Positions 15,901 through 27,900 of a stretch of DNA of 28,524 nt are shown piece by piece. The notes under the pieces were generated by a model. That model did no database searches. It was not told where the DNA came from and saw nothing but the letters and a program-made list of their open reading frames with translations. Position 1 is the stretch's first letter; each line of letters opens with the position of its first letter. The DNA is from a virus (lineage: Duplodnaviria > Caudoviricetes): the IMG/VR virus record IMGVR_UViG_3300031519_000159, positions 1 through 28,524 of that record; one strand, written 5' to 3'. The translations under genes and the position numbers were made by a program.

Positions 15901-18900
15901 AGTGTACTTGTATATTTAAATGGCAAACAATTAACACATATTAAAGATTATAACTTTGACACAGCAGGGTATGTATCAATTACTGCTGGACAAATAGAAA
16001 CTGATTTAATTGAAATATATGAATACGAAAATACTGATGGTAGCTTTATTGCTCCAACGCCAACAAAATTAGGCTTATATCCTAAGTATTATCCTGAACT
16101 AACTATCGATGACACTGTACTTGCTAAAGAACCATCAACTGCTGGCCCGTTTAAGATATATGGCGAAGATAGTGCAACTGGTACTAGAGGTTGGTTCTAT
16201 CCTATGTATACTACTAAGAGTGCAGCAGGCACAGGAGCAGCATCAAAGTCTTACACATTCACAGGAATGAATAAACTATTTTATATTCCTGTAACAGGAG
16301 CAACGCTTGCTGGTAATGATAACATTGAAGTTACTGAATACCCGGTTGGCGTTGCATTTATTAGAGGACACGACGGCAGCTATATTAAAGCATACAAAGA
16401 CTTTAGAGATGAGTTATTATTAGAATTAGAAACCCGAATCTTTAATAATATTAAAGCATTATATTCAACTGATAGACTAGACGTTAACACTTTTATTGGT
16501 GGCGAGTTTAGAACTAACGAATTTACTAAAACTGAAATTGACAACACACTGCTCGGCGACTTTACGCAGTGGTTGCAGCAAAATTTGAATAATCAAACTT
16601 ACACAAACAATACTTTTTATGATAGAACTAACAACTGGACATTTAATTACTCGGACACTACTTCGCCAAACAGCATTGAAAACGCAGGCTTTTGGAGAGG
16701 TATTTATGTAAGAGCATTTGATACTGATCGTCCTCACAGCCATCCTTGGGAAATGTTAGGTTTAACAACTAAGCCAAGCTGGTGGAATACTGTTTACGGT
16801 CCTGCTCCTTACACAGGCGATAACTTAGTACTATGGAGAGACTTGGAAGCTGGACGAATTGCAGATCCTCTTAATACTAGAATTAATTTGCACTATGCCC
16901 GCCCGGGATTAACTAACTTTATACCGGTCGATAGCAACGGCAAATTGATATCGCCATTGGATAGTAGATATGTTAAGAATTTTCAAATAGAGTATGCTAC
17001 TAGAAACTTTAAATTCGGCGACTATACTCCGATTGAAAATGCATGGCGCAAAAGTTCAGAGTACCCATTTGCTGTACTAACTGCAATGCTACTAAACAAG
17101 CCTGCTAAAACAATGGGCTTAGGATTTGATGTTTCAAGAATTAATAAAAACTTAGCAAATCAATGGGTAGATACAACTACTAATGCTCCTATTGTTATTA
17201 AAGACTTAAAATTACCAAACACATTTGAATCAACTACACGGACTAACACTTCTGGTTTAGTAAACTACATTTATAATCTTGTAGCAAGTGATATATTATC
17301 AGTGTATAACGGATATGTAAATAATTTAGCATCGATTAATAATCAAATTGGTATTAAAATCGCCGGCTTTACTAGTAAAGAAAAATTTAATTTAATACTC
17401 GATAGTAGATCTCCGACACAAGCATTAACACAAGACGGTATATTTATTCCACAAGAAAATTATCAGGTATTATTAAACACAAGTAGTCCTGCTGAATTAG
17501 CAGTCTACAGTGGTCTTATTATAGAACGTGCAGAATTAGGATATATAGTAAGAGGATACAATTTAGAAAAACCATACTTTGAATATTATCAAACACTGCC
17601 TGGCACCACTTCAAATATTGTAACAGTAGGAGGCATATCTGAAAGAGTAGTTCCTTGGGATACTAATACTTCTTATATAAGTGGTGAAGTAATACTACAT
17701 AATAATGCATATTATAGAGTTATTACTTCTTTTACTAGCAGCAGAACATTCGACACCAGTGACATAGTTAAACTTCCTGTACTACCTTTAACAGGCGGAA
17801 GAACAGCTAAATTTAAGAAAAACTTTGATACTACGTCTATTAAAAAATTACAGTACGGAACACGTTTTACTACAGCACAAGATGTTGTTGACTTTATTTT
17901 AGGCTACAGCATACGACAAAAAGAAATTGGCTTTAGCTTTGAAAATGTTATTAGTGGCTCTAATGAAGTTGAAAATTGGAATCATGCAGCAAAGCAGTTT
18001 TTATTCTGGACAACACAAGGCTGGGCAAACAACTCATTAATTGCACTTAGCCCTGGCGCTAATTTATTAGAATTTAATAGAGATTATTATATAGTTGACA
18101 ATATTAAAGACGAGTTTTATGGGTACAATGTTTTTAAAGCTGACGGCTTATTTTTAGATTCAGAATTTAACAGTTTACTAAGAGATAAAAATAGTTTTGG
18201 TATCGAAACTGTAGGAACAACAGAAGGATTATACCACGTATCTTTACCACTTGTACAAAAAGAACACGTTGTACTAATAGATAATAAAACTGACTTTAAT
18301 GACACAATCTACAATCCAAGTACTGGCTACAGACAAGAACGAATTCGTGTTAATGGCTACAGATCAGATAACTGGAGCGGCGGATTAAACATTCCTGGAT
18401 TTGTATACGACGATGCAAGCTTTACAGATTGGACTCAGTGGAAAGACTATAAGATCGGCGATATTGTAAAGTACAAGCAATATTATTATGTAGCAACAGT
18501 AAATGCACCCGGCACACAAAACTTTAATTCTAACAACTGGTACCAGTTAAATGAAAAGCCGGTATCTCAATTAATGACTAACTTTGATTACAGAGTTACA
18601 CAGTTTACAGATTTTTATGATTTAGATTCAGATAGCTTTGATACTGAACAGCAAAAGATGGCACAGCATTTGATAGGTTATCAAAAGCGCCAGTATCTTG
18701 CTAACATTATTAATGATGATGTAAGTCAGTTTAAATTCTACAGAGGCGCAATTGCAGACAAAGGCACAATGAATGTGTTTACTAAATTGTTTGATGCATT
18801 AGGTAATACTGCTGACAATTTAGAATTTTACGAAGAGTGGGCAATTCAAGTTGGCCGTTACGGAGCAGTTGATGATGTTGAGCAAGTTGAATACAACTTA

Positions 18901-21900
18901 GAGCAAGATAAAATGCAAGAGTCGCCTCAAGCAGTTGAGCTTGTAAAAACTTTGCCTGCAACTAACTTTGACAAGATTTATAGAATACTACCAAACGAAA
19001 CATTTGACAAACCTGCAGGATATACACATGCGCCGTTTCCAACTAAAACACTAACCAATGAATATATCAAAACAGGCGGCTACACAAAGGAAGACGATGT
19101 TGACTTTATTGTTGGCAACTTAGTAGATCTTTCAGCAGTAGATACTAACCAAATTAATCTAGGTAATACTATTTGGGTAACAGATACTGACAATAAATCC
19201 TGGACAGTTATGCAACTAATTAACGCAACTGTAAATGTCCTTGCTGTAAACACACTTATTACTGAAGTTGCAACTAACAACTTGCGTTTAATAGAATTAA
19301 CACTAGATAAATGGGCTAACGGCATATTTACACCTGGCGATTATGTTGGAATACGCAGCGCCGAGGAATATAATATTAATGGATTGTATGAAGTTGATAG
19401 TATTAATTTAAACACTATTCGTATAAGATCTCCGTTAGATAATGAAATTTTAGACATTGCAATTGAAGACAATAAAAGTTATGCAATGTCATTATTGCGT
19501 ACTGTAAGAGTAGATAATGTTGCTGATATTAACGTTGCAACAAATCAAAACATCTATAATAAACAAAGATTGTGGGTTGACACTTATAAAAATGATTGGG
19601 CAGTATTAGAAAACAATTCTGTATATTTAAATTCTCAGATAATTACAAATACCGCAGATTACGATAGTACTGATCAAGGATTTAGTGACAGTGTTGCTAT
19701 AACTAAAAATAATACCAATGTTTTTGTATCGTCGCCGAATGATGCAAACGGCAAAGTGTCGGTATATCGTAGAACTAGAGAGCAGTCTAATTTGTTGTTA
19801 GATCAAGAGATCGTTCTTGAAAATGACGATTTGTTTGATATTAACGATTCAGACTTCGGAAAAAGTATTGCAGTATCTCCAGATGGTGAATACTTAGTTG
19901 TAGGCATCCCGCAAGCAAGTAGTGTTAAAACTAACCTAGCATATAAAACAGATGCAAATACTAGTTTAAGCACGTTTGACTTCCAATCAGACGCAACTTA
20001 TGTTAAAAATGATATTGTGCGTTATAGAGAAAGTCTATGGAAAGCAAATAGAGAAATCCTTCCAGAAATTGCTAATCAGCCATTTAGTACATTTGATACA
20101 TACGTAAATATTGCAGCCGCAGCCGACGCCGACAGTACAACTTTAAATCTTTTAGTTGCAGCTGATCCAGGACTACAAAATTCTACTTCTATTACGCCTC
20201 ACTTATTAGTACGTGCGCCTAAAGACATGTACATTGGCACAAAACCCGGTGACACAATTAACTTGTTCTGGAACAGACGTAGTTATACATACCCGACATT
20301 AGATAATTACATTCCGTTCGACGGCTTAATTCCAGTAATTACTCCGGAATGGTTAAGTCAAGATCACAATATTGTTGAAAAAATTGATCATGTGTTCTTT
20401 GTTGAAACGTTTGTATCGTTGCCAGTACTAGGTAGTATTATAACAACCGATACAGGTAGTGCAGAAGTAGCATATGTAGGTTCTCGTAGAGATAGTGCAG
20501 TTGTTTATGTTAAGAACACAAATGGTATTTTTAATACTACAGGCGAGTTGTTTATTAATGAATTAGATTTTGTAGGGTTCTACACAGAAGAAGCAACGTA
20601 TGCTACAAGTGATGCAATAGGCGGCTTCTGGATGATTGCTGCATCTGAATCGTATTCGAACAACGGCGTGTATTATGATAACGGTAGAGGCTTAGTTTAT
20701 GCAGACGTTAAATTACAAGGATCAGTAAGAGGCCTTAATGAATATTATAACATTCAAGATACTGTTGGAGCTATTGGCACATATGTAACTAACAAGAACA
20801 ATGTAAGCTATATCGAGCAGTTGTCATATCGAGGTGATACTGCAGAAGAAGACGGCCGAGACGGGGCTGAAAGAGATTTGCCAAGTAATAAATGGGTAGC
20901 TAGAGTAGGCAATACATTTAGTGATTATTTAACAATTGGCGAAACACAAGAGTTCCGTTTATATAATCTTGATAACAGAGTAATCGACGTTACAAGTGCT
21001 GGCTTTACATACGACATTTTAAATAAGCAACAAACTGTTGTTGACTTATGGGACGGATATATTGACTTTACACTAACTGAATTTGATTTCCAAGGATTTG
21101 CATTTGAGCCACAAGTTAGTGATGTTATTGAAGATGTTCAATATCCTAGAGACGGCCAAGGCGGCCTTGCTTTAACGCCAATTAGTACAAGTACTGCTGA
21201 AGTTGTGTTTATGAAACGTAACTTTAACTCTGTTAGAGTTTACTTAAAAGTACTAACAGGTGAATGGTTAGAACAATCAAATATTGGTCGTTACCAAATA
21301 CGAAGAAAAGCAAACACTAGTTTACGCACCTCAACCGATACTGCTCGTGTAATTGGCACAGTAACAGATATTAATAACAATATTGTACTAGGCACATCAC
21401 TAGTAGGTAAGTTAGTAGTATTTGAACATACTGGTAACTTTGATATTGTCAACACTCCGAGAATTATTGATGAAGAATATTGGTTTTTTGATGAAACTAC
21501 TGAACAAGGCATTGAACGTTTGCCTAATCCTCCATTTAGTCTAAACAAAGACTATACTCAAATTTATAATATTCCTGCTCTAAAAACAGGAACAAGTCGA
21601 AACTTAGCAAATGAAGGCGCAACTGCAATTTATAGAAGATTGCGTGACGGTAGTTATAGATTTCAAAATGTATTTGTATCAGAATACAGAGCAGCAAATA
21701 GAAACTTTGGTTCTAAAGTTGCAATAGTACAAACTGGAAATTATTACACATTATTAGTTGCTAGTGATAGTATTGCAAGTGTAGGTGAAACTGATAGCAC
21801 CGGAAGAAGAATACATCCTGGCGCAATTGAAATATTCCGTCATGGCACAAAGGCAACTGATAGTTTCAAAGGTGACTACAAACTAACTGCGTTTAATATA

Positions 21901-24900
21901 GGCGATATTGTAATTTACAAAGACGATTACTATATTTGTCGTAAAGCAACAACAGCAGTACAAAATGTTATAGTTGATCCAATATACTGGAATAAAATTA
22001 GCTGGCAGCACGGCAAAGATGCAAACTATCGAGGCATATTTGATAACACTTACACTTATAAATCAGGTAATATTGTTGTACACGGAAATACATTATGGAA
22101 AGCAGCAACTAATATAGCAGTTAGTGCAGCAGCGCCTAGTGTGTCAAACAACTCTTGGATAAGTATCAGTACCGATGTTGACTACGTAGGATACTTGCCA
22201 AACTTAACTGCAAATGCTTTTTACGACGAAGATGTATTTGATCCTATTGAAAACATAGTAGAATTTAGCAAGAGCTTCGATATTAGTGATGATGCACAAG
22301 TACTAGTGGCAACAAGTAAACAACAAACTAGATTAGATAGTACATCAGATGTAACACTTGCAATTTATCGTGCAGTAGGTGAGCAGTTCCAACTATCCCA
22401 AACAATAACTGCACCTGACAATGTTACAGCGTGGGCAGACAAAGTTACACTAAACCCAGCAGGCACACAGTTTGCAATTAGTTCAATGCTAAACGATACC
22501 AACAAAGTAAATCAAGGCGTTGTGTATGTTTATACACAAACTGCTGGCACATTTACTTTAACACAAACACTAACACCTCCACAAAATGAAGAAAGTGAAG
22601 GCTTTGGCTTTGGTTTAGATTTTGGTACAGACAACTTAGTAGTATCGAGTCTAAACGGTGATCAAATTATTCCAACTACATTTGATGTTGCGGTATATTC
22701 TGCAACTGAAGATACTGCAACAACATTTGATAACGAGTTTACAAACTTTAGAAATATTAAACTTGACAAAGGTGTTGTTTATGTATATGAAGCTGTTAAT
22801 AATAGTTTAATTTACTCAGAGCAGTTTGTTTATCCATTAACACAAACTACTTTCGGTGAGAACATTTATGCTAACGGCAATCACGTTTACATTGGCATGC
22901 CAGATCAACTTGTAGATTCATCAGGTGGCACAGGTGTTGACGACACCGCTGGCAACAAAGGCCAACTCCTTGACTTTAGAAAAAATAAAAACACATTTGC
23001 ATGGAACGTTATTAGTGAAGGCATTACTCCAGTAGATGTAGATAATATTCGAGGCATGTTCTTATATAATAAGCGTGAAAATAGAATTGTAAGTTATATT
23101 GATTATATTGATCCAGTACAGGGTAAAATTGCAGGCCCAGCAGATCAAGAAATTACATTTAAAACTCCGTTTGATCCTGCTGTATATAACACAGGCGATA
23201 TAAATGATAGTTCGGTAGATGCTAACAGAGCGTGGACTGAAAAACATGTTGGACAAGTTTGGTGGAATATTAATACTGCTAAGTTTGCACATGCGTATCA
23301 AGGTTCGACTACATTCCAGAAAAACAACTGGAACAAATTAACTCCCGATGCTAGTATTGATGTGTTTGAATGGGTAGAAAGTAACTTTATTCCAAGCATC
23401 TGGGATAGTATAGCAGACACTCCAAACGGACTTGGAATTAGAATTAGTGGTACTAGTCTGTTTGGTGACGCTAGATATTCTACTAAAATTATTTACAATG
23501 AAGTTAGTAAAACATTTAGCAACAAATATTATTTCTGGGTAGTTAACAAAGTTACTGTACCTGTAATGGAAAACAGAAAGTTAAGTATTACTGATATTAC
23601 AGCACTTATCGAAAATCCAAGAACACAAGGTTATCCTTTTGTAAGTTTACTTTCGAACAACAAATTTGTTCTTAATAACTTTGATACATTTATTGACAGT
23701 GACGATTTAGTTTTGAACATTAGATATTCAACAGGCCCAAAGAAAACACAAAATGTACACAGTCAGTACAAACTAATATCAGATGGCGTAGATACAAGCA
23801 AACCTGATCCAGACATTGAACGTAAGTGGTTTGACAGTTTAATAGGCTTTGATAATAATAATAAAATTGTTCCAGATCCAACTATATCTGTTAAAACTCG
23901 TTATGGTGTGCAAAATCGTCCAAGACAAAGTATGTTTGTTAATAGATTTGAAGCACTAAAACAAACTATTGAAAGAATAAACTTAAAGTTAGCACAAAAT
24001 CTTATAGTTGATGAATATGATATTTCTAAATTAACTCAGTTGGATACATCACCGTCGGCAATATCTAAAGAGTACGACTTAATAACTGATACGTTTGCGG
24101 AACTTGCATTTGTAAGTACAAATAAGATTACACCTGCTGTATTAACACCAGTAATTACTAATGGCAGAATTTCTAGAATTAATATTACAGATCCAGGTAG
24201 GGGCTATAAAGTAGCGCCTAGTTTTAAAATAAACGGTGACGGCACAGATGCAGAATTTAACATAACAATTAACAATCTAGGACAGATTACAGAAATTACT
24301 ACGATAAATTCAGGCAGCGGCTATGCCAGTACAACTAGTATTACTGTCAGGCCATATACAGTTCTAGTTAACGCAGACGAAAATATACAAAATAAATGGG
24401 CATTGTATTCGTGGAATAAAACAGACAATAATTGGTATAGAAGAAAACTACAAAGTTATAATGTTGATTTATTTTGGGATTATATAGATTGGTATGCTAC
24501 AGGGTACAATCAGTTTACTAACATTAATGATACAATTTCAGGTTCATATCAATTGCCCAGCTTAGATAATAATCTTGGTGATATTGTAAAAATTGAAAAT
24601 GTTGGATCTGGTGGCTGGCTGCTATTAAGAAAAACCGACACTCAAGATACTGAAGATTATACAATTAACTACGATACTATTGGACGACAAAATGGCACTA
24701 TAAAATTCAAAGATACATTATATGATTATGCAAAAAATACTACAGGGTTTGATAATCGCAGTTTTGATAGTAATTTTTACGATAACAACCCGAGTGTTGA
24801 ATTAAGAATTATACTTGAAACTATTAGAGATGAAATCTTTGTAGGCGATTTAGAAATTGAATACAACCAACTGTTTATGGCAGCATTGCGTTATGTAATG

Positions 24901-27900
24901 TCAGAACAGTCAGCAGTTGATTGGATGTTTAAAACAAGTTTTGTTAAAGCAAAGCACAACAGAGAAACGCTAAATCAAAAAGACATAACATTTGATAATG
25001 ATAATCTTGCAAGTTACCAAGATTTTGTTGAAGAATTTAAACCTTACTCAACAAAAGTGCGCGAATTTGTTAGTGAATATACTGCAAATGATCCTACAAA
25101 CAGTAGTGTTAGCGACTTTGATTTGCCACCGGTATATAACCGTACTACTGGCACTATTGATGCAAGCAGATCAATTATTGTTGACGGTATAGTTACAAAA
25201 GAAAACTTAGATACAACTACATACCCACGTAAAAATTGGAAAGACAACCACGGCTATAAAATTACTGAAATTAAACTAGGCGATAGTGGCAGCGGTTTCA
25301 CTTTTGAGCCTATTATTACTCTAACAGGCGGCAGCGGAACTGGCGCTACTGCTAAGGCATATTTAGGTTACGGAAAGATTACTAGTATTAAAGTAACTAA
25401 CCCAGGAAGTGGGTATACTAGTGCGCCAACAGTTGTTATATCAGGATCGCAATTAGAAACAGGAACACCTGCAAAGGCAACGGCTGTATTAGGCAACGGC
25501 TTAGTAAGAAGCCCGAGTGTTAAAATTAAGTTTGATAGAACAAGCGGCACGTTTACTTTTGATACACTTGCAAAAGTTGAAACATTTACTGGAACAGGAT
25601 TTGAAAATAGATTCTTCCTAGAATGGCCAATGGATTTAGATACTAAGAAAGTTAATGTGTATGTAGATAATATTTTGCAATTGCGTAGTAAGTACACATT
25701 TACAAATATTGAAAACACTGATAAATCTTATTCTAGAGAGCAAGGTAAGGTATTATTTGCAACACCTCCAAAACTAGATGCAGTTATACGTGTTGAATAC
25801 AGTATTCCGTTAAGTATGCTAAGTGCTGAAGATAGAGTTAAATTTGCATATAATCCAATTGCAGGAATGTACGGCAACGACTTAGCACAACTAATGACAG
25901 GCGTAGATTACGGCGGAGTTGAAGTACGTAGTTTTGACTTTGATGGTCCTGCTGGATTTGATACTGCTGGATGGTACACAGACAATTGGGACGAGTTTGA
26001 TAGTACCTTTGAAGATGAAGTATTTACAGCAGATGGATCTACGATTGCAGTACAGTTAAGTGCAGCACTTGAAGATGGCGTAGTTTACAATCTTTATAAG
26101 AACGGTGTAAGAATTGACGACCCTAATTTTATTGCAGGAACTCCAACTAATGTAAATGCCATCACAAATAGCATAACAGGTGACGGGACAACTGATATAA
26201 TTTATGTACAAGATTTAGGCATAGAGTTAAACGACGACGACATATTTGTTATAAGAAAGACTACAAGTGACGGCAGCGTTGTTCCAGATGCTAATAGTTA
26301 TGATACTGCACTAAGTGGCGGCGACTTAGCTTATACATCAGCACGTGGTATTGCAGCAGAAGAAATTATTGTAGATGGCGACGGATTTGTTACTCCTACT
26401 ACTTCAAGTGGTCCTGAAGAAATTGTGCCTGGACAGATTCTTGATACATTAGATATTAAGGTGTTTACAAGAGACAGTGCAGGACAAGGTGTAATTAGTA
26501 GTCAAAGTTATATTATGAATGACGGACTACTTTACGACTTAAATGTTACTCCAAACAGCAAAGATGCAGTCATTGTAAAAATTAACAATGTTATATTACC
26601 ACAGACTGATTATACAATTAATTGGTCTGCAAACACGGTAACACTAGACACAGCAGTACCAGGAGCAGAACTTAGCATTGTAGCAGTTGCTCAAGGTACA
26701 CAAAATATACTAGATTTTGGAAAGTTATTTGGCGACGGTATTAAGACTGAGTTTGAAACATTAGTTGATTGGGAAACTGATGTTACTGTGTATGCAAGCA
26801 TTGACGGTGTACAACAAACAGTTGCAGCGTTTAAGTCAGAAACAACTCCTAAGACTGTTATTAGATTCGATGAAGTTGTAACTCAAGATGCAGTAATTAA
26901 TTATACTGTATTCGTAGCAGATGAGCAAGTTAATTATAGTCAAATTACTAAAGACACATTTGCTGGCAACGGCACTGACACTGTGTTTGAACTAGCCGGT
27001 GCTCCATTGTATGCTATTCCTTCAGAACATAATGTAATTGTTAAAGTAGATAATACTATTTTAAATGCAGGATACAACATACAGTATACAATTCCTGCAA
27101 ACAGTCAGAGAGAATTTCCACTAGAAATATTCCAAATGCCAGCAGGTAGTTTAGATGTAGCAGATCTTAAAGTGTTCTTAAATGGTGTTGCAATTACTAC
27201 ACCAATACAATGGCGTTTTGAAATTGCAAATAGTAGTATTACACTAGCAGACGAAATTGGCGCACCTGGTGATTTACTTGAAATGTATGTAATTACTGAT
27301 GGAGACTACAGAATCGACGGAACTACAGTTACTTTAGACACAGCTCCAGTAGACTCAGCAGTGATAGAAGTAATTCAGTTTACTAATCATGACTTGTTAG
27401 GCGCAAATCGTATTAGTTACGATGTAATAGCAAGAACTACATTGGTCCCAGAAGATATTGACTATATTACATACAATAGACTAACAGTTGGTGAAGTTAA
27501 ATTACGTTCTCCTGCTGTTGATGCACAGTATGTATGGGTAAGTGTAAACGGTGAACTATTAACACCTAGCGTAGACTATTCTGTAACTGATGACAAGTTA
27601 AAAGTGCAGTTGGTTAGACAGCCAGCAGCAAATGATGTTATTGACGTTATTCACTTTACTGCACCTGTAAGTACTTCTAAGTTTGCATATAGACAGTTTA
27701 AAGATATGTTAAACAGAACACACTTTAAGCGTTTAGACACTTCGCCTGCTAAACTAGCACAAGCATTAAATTATTATGATTTAAGAATTGAATTAGATAA
27801 TGCAAGCGATTTATCAGAACCAAATAAATCTCAAAACTTACCAGGTGTAATCTTTATTGCAGGCGAGCGCATTGAGTACTTTGTAAAAGAAGAAAACACA

